64,000 nucleotides of DNA, taken from contig JAYWIR010000034.1 of NCBI GenBank assembly GCA_036172245.1, positions 1-64,000 of the forward strand, read 5' to 3'. Below are positions 28,381 through 41,149 of this stretch, piece by piece. This DNA comes from Raillietiella orientalis (lineage: Eukaryota). How positions within the stretch are numbered: position 1 is the stretch's first letter; the number at the start of each line of letters is the position of its first letter. Made by a program: the position numbers and the translations under genes. Below the pieces are notes generated by a model. It had not been told where the DNA came from and made no database searches. It was given only the letters and a program-made list of their open reading frames with translations.

Positions 28381-29200
28381 CCGCGCTGCTTTGCAAAAAA
28401 GGTGTGCACGTGGGCGGAGCAGTCCCCCTTGCAGCAATCCTGAGTAGGGCACTGGGCTAAGAGCCATAGGCTGAGATGGAAGACTCTTGAGAGACCACAG
28501 GCAGGCGGACGTTATTGAGTCGTTGGACATGTGGCAGCTGGTGGATGCTGCTACACCAAGTGTTCTTCGACGAGGACAACAGCGCTCAGGCGAGCTGCTC
28601 GGTATTGCTAGGAGGGACCTGAAGTGATCCACAGTGTTCAACAATAGCATCACACTGCTTTCGAAGTGGCAAGAGTAGGCACTTCTGCTGTGGCACTGGG
28701 CTTTCCTCTGCAACGCATGTCCGACGGCATTGGATTCAGGGGACGGTGAGCTCGGACTAACGCAGGTGAGGGGAGCGTGCACCCTTCTTGCACCTGTTTG
28801 TGAACTGTGTTGCCCTCTGTTCCCTTTGAGAACGCATTGCTGCAACCCTAGAAACCCTTGGAGGCAACCCAGCGACCTTTTGCGGATCTTCTTTGCGATG
28901 GATTCCATGCAGCACCCTCGGAGCATTTTGCTGCATCCGCGAGATCGTTGCGGTGGACCAAGGCAGAAACGAGAAAGGAGTCATCCAACTTACAGCCCGA
29001 CTCATTAGGAGACCAAACCGACGAATCCACCTGGAACTTATCTGGACAAAGATCGCCAGAAATTTGAAAAGTATGCCAAGGAATCACTCGAGTGTAATGT
29101 GATATGCTTCTATTATTTCTATTTCGTTGTTACACTATAATTTTCTTTTTGCTTTCTCCTTTTTCTTTCCACTGGTGAGGTGAGCCCAGATTGAAACCCT
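28381..29200 (+). mobile_element. Decayed L1/Tx1-like ORF2 3' end (diverged family)
   Basis: KWQE*ALLLWHWAFLCN...ERAPFLHLFVNCVALCSL* aligns by eye to KQDVIMLVHWGFH...ETPPHLLLDCGALQGLW of the 24 kb and 57 kb copies. A pyrimidine-rich tail follows. Confidence 0.6.
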
Positions 29201-29649
29201 CAATCCTGCAGGTCCTTGTGCAATCAGCTGTGGAGGACTCTTCGCTTCAGCATGACAGTTGAAACTTCATGACATTTTTAAAAAAAGCCGACTTCACTGG
29301 ATAGCTTCGCAAAGGAGCTGCTTACGTAAATTTGCAATAGGAAGAACTGAAGGGCCTCTCCTACCTTACGTAGGAATGCGAGTCATCATACTCAGCTGAC
29401 CTGCAAGTATGCTGGTCTGGACCAACAACTGCTGGTTGTTGAAGATCCGACTTGTTCTGGTAGGTCGCAAGATCTTCCCCGGAACTAAGGATCTCTTCGT
29501 AGCGGTCCATCACACGAAAGTTACTTTGCGCATGTAAAATCACAGTGTGCATGCAAATCTCTAGAAAAAAGGCTCCATTTACGAGCCGCGAGCGAAGTCC
29601 AACACCGTAGAAAGCTTTCGGAAGCTATACAGTAGGCCGTAGGTAGCGG

Positions 29650-30700
29650 GAGTCATGGTGCAGTCATGAGAACTCCCTACAAACTGAAGATCGCCAAACA
29701 GCTCAACATTCTATTCTATTCATAAGTCCAACAACCGCGGACACTGCGATGCCTAAAAGAAACGGCCTGAACATCTGGTCCCAGTTCGGTGAAGAGAAAG
29801 TCCCCGCTCGGAGAGTATAACCAAAATGTGCCAATCTCACAAGGCACAGTCACTCCACAGGCTCTGATAGAGATCTTCTCCAGTCCGCGCAGGATGCTGC
29901 GAATTTCCATTAGTTCTCTTTATCTAGTGCTGTCCAAACATCGAGAAAACAAAACAGCCTGAACAACGCACAAATTTTGCTTCGCAGCAGAAATGAAAAT
30001 TCTGTTTGTGCGGACAAGAAGGAAGCAAGCGGACTCTGCGATCCCGTGTGTCCCGTCATCAGGAATTCTCCAATGGGGAGAGTTCAGGGAATTTCCAGGA
30101 AATGCTGATGTGATCTTCAGTGTTGCAGCACAACCTCAACCTTCCATCCAAGTGGCAGAAACAGTAGTTGATGCTGTTTCTTCGTCGAGGAATCCTGTGA
30201 AAACGCGCTTCGCCACTGGAACCAGCAGAGTGAGGAGGGCACCCGGCGTGGGGAAAGACAGACACACCCAAAGGTCCCATTAACAGAGTTGCACACCAAG
30301 CTCTATGGGAACGTTTCGTGATGGCCCTCTAAATGCCTGGAGGCAATCCCACACGCACTGTCAAGCGCCTCTTCCTGCGTGAAGCGCACCCACGAGTCGC
30401 GCGCGTAGCAGCTGCTTACTGCATGCTGCGGACACTAGCAATATGCAACGCCAAGAAAAAAAGTCAACACGGACAAGGTGAAAGTATCCATCTGGAGAAT
30501 CAGAAATTGTCACCAATCCTCCAAGAGGGAACAAGACGTCGTGGAACGCACTGTGATCCCTTCTCAATCTCCCAACAAACATTTTCCATGCGTCTTTTGT
30601 ATATTTTTCTTCGATTTTTTTTCACAACAGACGTCTTCACAGCAAATCGAATGTAGAAAGTGTGAAAGAAATCTCTCTTTGTTTTGCACGTGATCGGATA
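29650..30700 (+). mobile_element. Decayed piggyBac-like transposase
   Basis: Motifs in the expected order: MPKRNGLNIW (29749), a DR.FSS-like word (about 29865), AVQTSRK (about 29930), LAICNA, and a C-terminal CVFC...CRKCERNLSLFC cysteine-rich domain. No TIRs identified. Confidence 0.5.
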
Positions 30701-30799
30701 GAGTTTCACCATAAATTTGAATGTATTCTTATTTTCGTTTATAAGAAATGCTAGGCAGAAATGGAAAAAAATACGAAAGTGGGCATGGCTTCAAAAACA

Positions 30800-31260
30800 G
30801 GCTGCTGCTATGGTTCGCTATGAACGCTTGGCCATGCGCAGGGAGTTTCGTGACAGCATAGGTCGTTGCCAATATCCCTCAACAGGCGAGAGAAGGCTGA
30901 GGAACATTTGTACATTCCGAAAAGAAGAGTTGGTGGGAGAGACGCACGCAATCGTGAATAGGGCGCAGCGCAGGCAACAGCAGGCACATTTTTTTGGGCA
31001 CGTAAGAACAGAAGTGGAATGGAGATGATCGAGTTGTCACGGCATAACGAATCGAACAAAACAGCTAAACGGTAAGAAAACATCAGATGAGGTGTCCTTC
31101 TTTGGCAGCCATGCCCATACATGCCATCTGCATACGTTCCTGGTAGCGCCTCGTTCCTTGAGCAGCATTCACGGGAAACCGTGAGCCACACTGTCCCTGA
31201 CGATTCCCGCGAAACATCAACCTGTGGGAGTAAAATACATAGGCGCCTCATATGAGGGCG
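30800..31260 (-). mobile_element. Possible old non-LTR ORF2 3' remnant related to 62500-63050
   Basis: RNEALP...GCQRRTPHL resembles WNESAP...GC*QKAHL at about 62660-62725; patchy nucleotide similarity only. Confidence 0.3.
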
Positions 31261-31628
31261 CGTATGCTATCATCTGCAAAGGTAGCCTAGGATTGCCAGC
31301 GTGAATTTTCCCCTCGGACGTCATTGAGCCGCAAAGTCTAGTGTTGGTGAGGAACTGATCTCCAAACCTTAGAACTAGAAGGCACATCTTCCTAGAAGAT
31401 GCCTCAGTGACGCCGTTATTCTTGAAACACTGAAGGTGAGGCCGAAGTCAGGGATGTTCCGTTCCTCTCGTGCCTTCTCCATCAATGGGCAACCCATTTG
31501 GTTGCAGAAAAGACATGAATTTGAAACCGCTTCAAATGTTACACTAATAAAAGTAGAAGTATTCTCTTTACTCTCCCTGATCAACGCGAAGCTGTACCAT
31601 CCATGCGCTCTATTGGACAGAATGGGCA

Positions 31629-32608
31629 TCATGAAACTTGAATAGTAAAAAATGAATAGTAGCACACAATCGCTTCTGAGCTTTTTCGAAGACTCAAGGA
31701 AATGTAATAATCGCCTTCCGGAAGAACTATTCTCGACACATCGACTTCGATCATGCGATCGAAGTGTTGAGGATGTATCGGACACTCTCCGAGGACTCGG
31801 GACAGTGACAAGAACGTGCAGACGTCGTCATAGTGGAAAATGATGTGGTCATTGTTTAAGGCTGTTTTAGTCCTTTGTTCTGATATATATCTCTCCAAAT
31901 AGATGTCAGCCTGTAATCAAGAAACCAAAAGTTAACTCTGGTTGTGATGGTGGACTCCGAGAGCAGCTCCATAAACTGCGCATTTGGATCCTTCGTTTGG
32001 TTCAGAAAAGACAGAGCTTGTGTGAACATAAAATTGCGCTCACCGATAGGCTACTGTTGATCTCAATTTTGAGGTCACCACTCAGCATGAAGTATACACT
32101 TCCTGGAATTTTTATCGGATCCGGTTCAACCAGAAGATCAACATCAAAAGCATCCCTTGCTTCCGAGAAGCAACTGTCGAAGTAGAAGCTATTCTGGAAG
32201 CAAAGTAGATACATTTGAATCGCTCCACTGCATTGCGTACGCTTTTTTTATTCCCGCTATCATCCTACTCCACGAGCTCACACCCTTCAACATGCATTCT
32301 ACGAAACACATTGCTGATCCCTCGACAAATTTTCGAGACTCCCCACAGACCACGAGTGAATGGTTCAAAGTTCCAAAGGCGGCACGGATCGAAGAAGCAG
32401 GGAAATTCGCATCATGGCTAAAGGCAGGCTGTGGTTCACCATCGATTCATCGGCAACCGGCCGCTTTGAGCTTGCAATTCTCAAAAAGCTCTCTTACCTT
32501 CGGAAGATTGCTGTCATGTATCCAGTTTTTCAGTGATTTCTGGCCACGATGAGCGGTCCATGCAGAGGATTCGATGACAATCAGCGACAGCAGGAGAAAT
32601 TGAATCAT
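31629..32608 (-). CDS. Secreted ML-domain lipid-binding protein, GM2-activator-like; 3 exons (32608-32498, 32193-32044, 31910-31629), 180 aa
   Basis: Exon 1 MIQFLLLSLIVIESSA... is signal-peptide-like and ends AAG|GTAAG. Exon 2 follows CCAG|, reads NSFYFDSC..LLVEPDPIKIPGSV..INSSLS and ends |GTGAG. Exon 3 follows TACAG|, reads ADIYLERY..YDDVCTFL..GECP..GDYYISLSLRKSSEAIVC..*. Both introns are phase 0 GT-AG and the frame is uninterrupted. Confidence 0.85.
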
Positions 32609-32671
32609 TTTCTGACGTTGTTCTGTCTCAGCTTTAGAAGAATGGGTTGTCCTAGTGCAGATGCAGCTTAC

Positions 32672-33444
32672 CTAAGCAACGCGTGAATCCGAGTATATAA
32701 AGAGTGTTTCTTATCACAATCTGGTACACGTTTCGGACTCCTGTAGTGCACATGGTAGACCCTATGATCGTCACACCACGGGTGATTCCACGTTTGTGGA
32801 ATCCAGCTGATGAAAGAATAGTGGAGTAATTGCAGGCCGTCTTTTCCCAGGAGGTAATCAGGGAGGGATGTTTCTCAGACGCAAGCAATCCAGGCGCATC
32901 AAAAAGAATGAAAAATGTTTGGGAACGTGCACATTGACATTTGGTGTGAAACTGGGACGCTAGAAAAGCACTCTTGATGATGGTACACGTCCGATTGTGT
33001 GAAGGCGCTGTGTTCTTCTGGTGTCGTTTAGATAAAATTAAAGGATAGCATGGGGAGAAGTGGTTCGGACACATCAGATCAGCCACCTTTTCCATCTCGA
33101 GTACTGAATGTAGATGAACGCTGATGTAGCTGAAGGGACGACTGGCGTGTGACCTCGAAACATGGTAAGAACACGCAGCGGCAGAACAAGGATGTTGGCC
33201 TACGCTGATGGTGGAATTTATATAGTATTGCTGTTGATAGGGAATTGCGAACGGTTGTTTGGTTGCCAAGCGCAAAATCTGAGATCTGGCTGCGCCCTTA
33301 CTTCGAATGCAATGTCAGTCTACGTCTTGAGATGCGAAAAAGTATCTCCTGGTGCATGTTGCTCTTACCGAGATGACATTTCTCGTCTTAAGGAGATCCT
33401 GTATTCCGTAGTGATGCGTTCCGGATTTTGAGCTCGCACCTTAG
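32672..33444 (+). repeat. Left arm of a 773-bp inverted duplication; content is a decayed L1-type RT fragment
   Basis: Reverse complement of 35453-36225, with identical ORF translations over the overlap. Decayed RT words in order: FRTP..VDPMI, WDARKAL, SHLFHL, LAYADG. Confidence 0.95.
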
Positions 33445-34199
33445 GAAGGAACCGATAAGAAGGTGTTTCAAAATCATAAAAGGGAACAGGATGACTACTT
33501 TTCTTGCATTAATAACGCATCTTTTTCTCTGAAGAATGATGCCTATAAAGGGTTTGTGAAGAGTACGATGGCTGTTTTCCTTCGAGCCACCAGGTTGAAT
33601 GTGGACTCACAGAAGCAGGACGAAAATCAAACAAAGTTTGCTTCTGGAGTTTTCGAACACTTCGAGTCGATGCCGGAGAAAGCGTCGGTTTGGAAAGGCA
33701 TTATCTCTTGTGCGTTTTCGACGGCAATGTCGTTGCAGCGTTGGTGGATGACGTCACTATATACTCCCTTTACCGAAAAGGGAATCTTGTGTAGGTTGTG
33801 TATCACATCTGCGTATGGAAGTCTTGCTGCTGCGCGCGTCTCCGCCAAATGGGAAAAAAAAGTCCCATAGACTTCAGGTCAACGCCAGCTCGTGCGCCAT
33901 TGAGGGTGATCGAGGAAGGGAGTACCTGGCTTCGAGGTCTTTAATTGTGATCACGACTGAAACGGGAAAGTATTATTGAGAAGCAGCACGCGTAGTGATT
34001 TGCTGAAATCCGTCGTTGACTACCTTCTACGTGCAAAAAGTTTCCTTTCCGACAAGTACCGACTACAACGAGTTGGAAAGCGATATGAGTGATCCACGAA
34101 TTGAGAAAAGGAAGACAGCAGCATCTCCTAAGAAACTCAAAACAAAGAAGAAAAGTAGATACTCCGATTAACTTCTATCGGACACCTTCCTGTCGATAG

Positions 34200-34385
34200 C
34201 CAGGAGCATCAAGATGGCCTCTCGGAACGTATTATGGAGTCAGAACAAAAGGCGCCTGGTCATGAGGGCAATTGAGCATAACGATATCATCTGCCTCCAG
34301 GAAACCCACAATTTAGAACAGACCATCTGTGAGGTAGAGCGAAGATTGGGAGCACAGGTGTTTCTCGGTGCAGTCCAAAAAAAAC
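34200..34385 (+). mobile_element. N-terminus of a non-LTR ORF2 AP-endonuclease, truncated
   Basis: IKMASRNVLWSQNKRRLVMRAIEHNDIICLQETH contains the APE LQET motif (34283 onward), just after a Lys-rich ORF1-like end near 34170. Confidence 0.75.
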
Positions 34386-35452
34386 ATGAATGGCTATTTC
34401 AGATTGTGATGTGTTTAATTGACATAAATCTGAATTTCTGAAGGCAATAAGTAAAACATAAGATGAAAGAACACGTGATGAAAGGTGAAGACAATCCCTC
34501 GCTAATGAACACCTCGTATCCAATTCGCGTCAGTCTTCTGTGCAAGGGACCTCACGACATTTCGCTATGCAGCCATCAACTTGTAACTTTCTTCGGAAAG
34601 CATCTAGTATTAATGACACTATTCATATCACTTGTCACAAATGGCTGCTCATTTGGAAGAACCTAGGTTCACAGCTCATGTTGGCCAAGCTACATCCGGA
34701 AGACGATGTCGAAGTTCAATTATTAGTTGTTACTTCTTATCGACAACAGCATAGTGAAAAAGTTCGGAAAAGATGACGGGCATTAAACCTAATGGAACTG
34801 ATGAGACGAGAAACGATCTTTTTTTTTAACCACGCCTCCTGCGATATGAAATCGGTTCCACGAAGAAACCGAATACGCTGTTCCCGAATCTGGCATACAG
34901 TATCGTGTGCCCCCTTGTGCATGTGAGCTCGTTCCCATGGAGACCTCCTTCTTCGGTTTCTTAGGCGACAGTAAAGCTCAAACACTCGCTTCAGCCAATC
35001 AACCACGTGCATTAGTGAACATGGATGTCAACAGCGATGTCTCGTGAGTCACTCATGAGAAATTTTAAGCTTGAAGTCTTGTCAATGCCTTTTGCAAACA
35101 AAGTTTCTTTTGTCCACACTTTAATCTAATTTTTTCCAGCTAAAATGCGGAAACCAGGATCTAATCTGAGCGACCCATCTCAAGAGGGGTAGCGATAAGG
35201 CAGTTCAGACCACTTTGAGGCAATCCATCAGGCATGTAGAGCTCCTTCTGCTCACCAGGCTACACAAAGCATTTTTTCTAAAAAGAAAAAAGGTTGCCTC
35301 AGCAGCAACTGATGAAGCATTTCCTTGGCAGGAATGTCGCATCTGCTGCTATGCGCATCCTTTAGAGAAAAAAATATGCTATTAACGAGAGCTAATTGGT
35401 CATCCCGTTCTCTGTTGAGACTTCGAAACACTACCTCCCTCTCGATTCTTTT

Positions 35453-36225
35453 CTAAGGTGCGAGCTCAAAATCCGGAACGCATCACTACGGAATACAGGA
35501 TCTCCTTAAGACGAGAAATGTCATCTCGGTAAGAGCAACATGCACCAGGAGATACTTTTTCGCATCTCAAGACGTAGACTGACATTGCATTCGAAGTAAG
35601 GGCGCAGCCAGATCTCAGATTTTGCGCTTGGCAACCAAACAACCGTTCGCAATTCCCTATCAACAGCAATACTATATAAATTCCACCATCAGCGTAGGCC
35701 AACATCCTTGTTCTGCCGCTGCGTGTTCTTACCATGTTTCGAGGTCACACGCCAGTCGTCCCTTCAGCTACATCAGCGTTCATCTACATTCAGTACTCGA
35801 GATGGAAAAGGTGGCTGATCTGATGTGTCCGAACCACTTCTCCCCATGCTATCCTTTAATTTTATCTAAACGACACCAGAAGAACACAGCGCCTTCACAC
35901 AATCGGACGTGTACCATCATCAAGAGTGCTTTTCTAGCGTCCCAGTTTCACACCAAATGTCAATGTGCACGTTCCCAAACATTTTTCATTCTTTTTGATG
36001 CGCCTGGATTGCTTGCGTCTGAGAAACATCCCTCCCTGATTACCTCCTGGGAAAAGACGGCCTGCAATTACTCCACTATTCTTTCATCAGCTGGATTCCA
36101 CAAACGTGGAATCACCCGTGGTGTGACGATCATAGGGTCTACCATGTGCACTACAGGAGTCCGAAACGTGTACCAGATTGTGATAAGAAACACTCTTTAT
36201 ATACTCGGATTCACGCGTTGCTTAG
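35453..36225 (-). repeat. Right arm of the 773-bp inverted duplication
   Basis: No mismatch seen by eye against 32672-33444; the spacer is 2008 bp. Confidence 0.95.
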
Positions 36226-36234
36226 TTCCTTAGT

Positions 36235-36958
36235 TTAAATTGAAGTATATCGGATTTGCCAAACATCAGAAGGGTGGGGCAGATTGTGTTTTGTCCTCCT
36301 GCTATGGAAACCAATGTTTAAAATACACAGAAGAGACTCTTCTTCCGAGAAAATCTTTGAACTGCTGCAAATTTGCTGAGTGTTCACCTTTGTACACAAT
36401 TGCGGTTCACTGGTTCTTACTCTTGCACTTAATTAAAAATTCCCGATCACGAATCCTGGACTCAGTTGCGTATCCCAAATAACGACTGTTGGACTGCATT
36501 CCGACTCCTTGGTTCATATTGGGGACCATTGGGTTTCCCAATCATCAGAAGGGTGAGGCAGATTGTGTTCTCTTCTTGCTATGAAAGCCGATGTTGAAAA
36601 TAAAGGGAGAAAATTATTTTTCCGAGAAAATCTATCAACTGGTGCAAATTTGCTGAATATTCACCCTTGTAAGCAATTGCAAGTCACCGGTTTTCACTCT
36701 TCCACTCAATTAAAAATTCCATCTAACGACTGTTGGAGTTAATTGCAAATCCCTAATAACGGCTGTTGCACTGATTTCCAATTCCTTGGTTTATATTGAA
36801 GTGCATATTTTTTCGTAAACATTAGAAGTTCGCCGCTTTCTGTGTGCTATCTTCCTTCTATGGAATCCAAAGTTGAAAAGACTGAGACAAAAGTTTTCTT
36901 ACGCTAAGATTGTTCACGTGGTCCAAATTTGATTAGTTTTCTCCCGGGTACCCAATTC
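36235..36958 (-). repeat. About 2.5 tandem monomers of the sister 278-bp satellite, inverted relative to the main array
   Basis: CAT(C/T)AGAAG at 36264, 36543 and 36820 (periods 279 and 277). The reverse complement matches 26290-26625 and, more distantly, the main monomer. Confidence 0.8.
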
Positions 36959-36959
36959 C

Positions 36960-37650
36960 ATGTCGCCGTCTTCCGCATCCACGCATCGCAACAGGCGTGC
37001 GCAGTCCTGCTCGGTGGTCAGCAAAGCGCACAGGTCGCTCAGCACGCGAACGCTGTTTGCGTCGTTGGGGACGTGCGTCTGCAGACGGGCCGCCTTCCTC
37101 TCCCCGAGCGTGTCCCTGTCCCTGTCCCCACCCTCCCCTGTTTTTTTGTTTATTTTGTACCCCCTCTCCCCGTTCCCTTCTTTTTGAAGCCGGCCTGCGT
37201 GCCGGTGGTCCTACTGAGTTGAACTTTCTGCATGGGCGTTTCTTGTGTCTTGAGGAGATGCATACCCCCTCAAGTTTGTGGTTTGTTCTTCTGAATAAAT
37301 GTCCCGGCGTGACCGGGTTCAAACCTCTCCTCGAACGCATCGCACGACGAGTGGGTGATCTGAAGGCGTACAGACCCTCCCTGCGTATAGACCCCACCTA
37401 ACTTCCTCGCCCTCTCTTACCGCAATCACGAAGTCATCCTCGCTGACCATCAGCGCCGTGTCGTCCTGCACATGCGGACAGACGTTAGACAAACCACGGG
37501 TGCGCTGACGCGCTCCGCTGCGCGCTCCCACTCGGCGCTGCTTACCGGCCTCCCCAAGATGTCCATGTTCCTAACATCCGGGTCGTCCTCCGGAACCATG
37601 TCCAGCACTATGCAGGACGCCTTCCTCATCAGCGTACCAGCTGATGAAGG
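36960..37650 (-). pseudogene. GC3-rich coding-like fragment of unknown family, frameshifted and interrupted by a LINE tail
   Basis: Removing 37115-37323 and one TSD copy joins ...VRLQITHSSCDAFEE|RKAARLQTHVPNDANSVRVLSDLCALLTTEQDCARLLRCVDAEDG; strong third-position GC bias. Confidence 0.4.
37115..37323 (+). mobile_element. Short non-LTR 3'-UTR insertion
   Basis: Pyrimidine-rich body ending AATAAATGTCCCGGCGTGACCGGGTTCAAAC. Decayed 18-bp TSD at 37097-37114 and 37324-37341 (four transitions). Confidence 0.7.
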
Positions 37651-37794
37651 GAGAACGACAGGCACTGATGTCTGTCGCTCACGGGCAGAATGGGGAAAAA
37701 TTCCTGAGGCGCAAAGGAAGCGAAATTCAGGTGTGACGCGGAAGCGCTGCGCTCAACGACGAGCGCGCGCGCGCGCTCCAGGGGCGGCGCTGCT

Positions 37795-38196
37795 TCACGG
37801 ATGCTGCGCTCTTACCTGCAACTCGTTTTCCATCCATCGGTGCATGGGTATCAACCTGGTCAGAAACCCGGGGGTAGGGGTGGTTCTTCCGCTACCTAGT
37901 CTCTCCTGCAGCTCCTTTCCCACGTTCTGGTAATAGTGAAGGCTTCTCGTTATTTTCTTTTTGAATCCCAGAGTCCTTTCGATCCTGCGCTCTCTGTCCG
38001 CAATATCCGCAGCAGGAATTTCCTTCCCCCTTCGCAAAACGACCTTGATCTCGTCGATCAACCGGTCTATCCTTTGCCGCATTCCACGCAGGACTTCCTC
38101 ATATTTCTGCTGGCACTCTCTGCCGCCGCCTCGAAACTCCATGATGTTCTTCGTTTTCCTTTCTAAATGAATTCCAGCCCGAACGAATGTTTCCAT
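37795..38196 (-). other. Open frame encoding a charged, coiled-coil-like peptide of unknown origin
   Basis: 133-aa ORF containing KYEEVLRGMRQRIDRLIDEIKVVLRR; no family recognised. Confidence 0.3.
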
Positions 38197-41149
38197 GGTT
38201 TTTCATCTTCTTGGCTGGGAGGGGGGGAATGCTTTTCCTCTCCTCGCGAAGTGCCGAATGGGTCATTGGCTCCAACACGATCGCCCCTCTGCAACTGCGA
38301 ACGACCGCCAACCTGCGAACTGCCGAGCGCCATGATTTCGGCGCTGCGGGCGCTGCGGATGGCGCTCCATTCGACCGCGGATCGGTGAACCGAGGGAACA
38401 GCGGTATGGTGCATTGATGTGGTCTCCAGAATCGGAGCGCCAACTGCGGGTGCATATCAGGAAGAAACGGACTCTTTCTCGTGCCCTGAGTTCGTGGCGT
38501 ACCTCGGTTCCACGTGGCGTTAGCGTGCCGGCAGATTTCTGGTTCCGTCCGCTACCTATCGGAGAGCGAAAGAGCGGGGGATGGCACTGTTTCGGGCGAC
38601 GGTGCCAAGACGAAAGCAGACTGTCGTTTGCTGGTAGATGTTGGAAGCCTTTGAGCCAAAGCTTTTTCCTTTCGCGTTCCATTGGCACAGTTTGCAGGGG
38701 CGCGAGATCCGTCGGTTGACCCACACGCGCCCGCAGCAAGTGGTCTGGTTTCCGTGTGAAGCGGCTCCAGATCCTCTTCGTAGGAGCATCGTTTCACAGC
38801 AGGATCAGTGAAGGTTCCCTGCGTTGCCCTCGGCATTCTTCTGCAGAGACCAAGCAGCAGGGTTGCGCGTGTCTGTGTCTTCTGCTGGTCAATCCGCAGA
38901 TCCAAATACATGAAACTGCTGTCCTTCTTCAATCGCTGCGCAAATCCTGATCCTACTCTTGCGTGCGAAGTGCTCCCTGGAATAGGTGGCGGCAAGCACT
39001 TGCGCGGTCGCCTCAGATTCTGGGATTTCCATTCCTCCATGCTACGCGTTCGCAGGATGGTGACCAGCAAAGGCCGACGCGTGCACGAAATTTCAGCTGA
39101 CTACCATTCTCTTCGGTGCTGTGAGTGTCCGGTGTTTCCGCAGCCTTTTGCTCCTTGGACCACTATTCCGTGCAGGTCGTTTGTCTCTTTTTGTTTTCCA
39201 ATTCGCATCAGGGAAAAAAAAAGATTATACAACGGCCGCTCCGATTTCTGTCGGATGCTCGTTTGAATCGGATGGCGTTCACCAACTTTGCAAGAGATTT
39301 CCCATCCAACCGTTGCATGCGGTGTCGGTTTGCAAGAGATAGGAGCACGAGAGAAAGTGTGCGCGCCGCCAGCATCCGTCGCTTTCTCACACGATTGACT
39401 GCATTCTCGGTGAGCTCGAATGTGCTGTGGAATTTTCTACCTTTCCACTGTAGATTGACGCCCTATAGGGAAGGTGGAAAATTTTTTGCGAGGTCCACAC
39501 TTACTGTGCGAGGAGCTCTGCGCAGACATTCGAAACTCAGGAGCTTTGGAGCTGTTCAGCCATCCGCCTCTTGGGAAGCCCCTTTCTCCTGAAGATTTCC
39601 TTTCGATGCCAGAAAACAGATTGAAACGCCATCCGCACTTCCTACGGACATGAATGGTATCGCTGGAACGAAGCGGTTTTACTTGTGAGGATCGCTCTGT
39701 GTCCTCATTTAAGAATGAACAGCTGACTTCGCTTTCCTGGAAACATGGATGCTGGCTAACGTTTTTCTGCAGTTTCTGAGATGCGCAGTCTAGTGCACCA
39801 ATTCGAGGTTAGCTCTGCGTAACATGCTTAATGAGCTCTTTGAAAATAATCACCTTTTTTCGTTCCTCAGAATGAGCAAACTATGTGGAATTCTCATTTC
39901 GAGCAAACTTTACTTGATATAAACGTTTTCCTTTCTTTGACACAACAAGCGTCCAAAGCAAGCACTCTCCGCAAAGCAGAGCACGACATCTCGTTGCATT
40001 TCCCTCGCGGAGTGTAGCGATATCTATATGACTGCAGCTACCATCCCAGAAAATGCGCGGCTCGATTGCTGTATGCGCGGCTGATGATAAAGCTGAAAGT
40101 ACGAGGGCAGACTGTTCACCAATAACGTTCCCGTACTGTGTCAGAAAATGATTGTTCACCGCCAGATGCTTCTGTCTGTTAGTCAACTTAGCATGTAGGA
40201 TAGACTGCTGCCATTTTGTAAGTTCGTACTGAGAAACCAGTAGTCCTGGTTCTCCAAGTGGACGAAGCACTTTGTGACATTCAGCTCAGCAGAGAAACGG
40301 GAACATCTCTTGGATCTGTGCTCGGTATGCTGAGGGCATCGTTCCGATCTCTCACTACGCAGGCAATACAGGACTCACATCTAAAAGAGCTGCATTCTCT
40401 AAGAAGTATGCTAAACTCTCTGCTGCATGGAGCTCTTTAGGTAGCTACAAGAATTTCAGAACTCATTTGAATCTGTCTGAAAGTAAGAGAATTCGGAACT
40501 TGGGGCATATTCTTGCACGAACATGAGAGAGGTGTGTTGCTTGGGATAGTTGAAAACAATTCATGATCACTAACTTAAGCACAGCCTTCAGAAGGCAAAG
40601 GTCATGCATGCACGGTGAGGAATCTGAGGAAGCTACCGGATTTCATACACGCAAGCAAAACTCCATGAGGTCAATTCATCGCTTTATGCTTATTCATTTG
40701 CAGTTCAACAGCAACTTCCCAATCAACCGATTGCCTTCGAGGAAACCCCAAACCGAAACGGATGCAGTGAATGGCAAGTGAAATCGCTCAAAGCAAACTT
40801 ATCCAGGAAGATTATTCGGAAGAGGTCAAACGCTTAAATGGATAGAAAGTGCAAAAAGGAATTTAGAACTGAAAATGCTGGCTTATGCTGTCGAACAATA
40901 TTACAAGGCTCCGTTGACAAACACGCGAATGATGTCTGCAGATATCTCGATGTACTCTATCAAGAAACATGGTAAAGATTACAAAGCATGTATACACGTA
41001 CCCCGTAATGAACATACAAAGTATGTTCATTACACGCATGTAAATTGCCCAGACATTTTCAGATTAAAAACCACCGCCTAGCACTCTTACTTACCTCATC
41101 ACATTCTTGCGATTTCGATTCCTCATCTTAGAAAGACGAAAAAACAAGC

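Noticed and set aside
32672..36225. A single DNA transposon with 773-bp TIRs, or a CTNAG restriction/ligation artefact
   Set aside because: No TSD or transposase, and the arms are RT-derived. Internal CTNAG sites argue against a simple digest fragment, though an artefact is not fully excluded without reads.
32652..36233. 207-aa and 203-aa ORFs in the inverted arms as genes
   Set aside because: They are antisense to decayed RT motifs and show no protein-like features.
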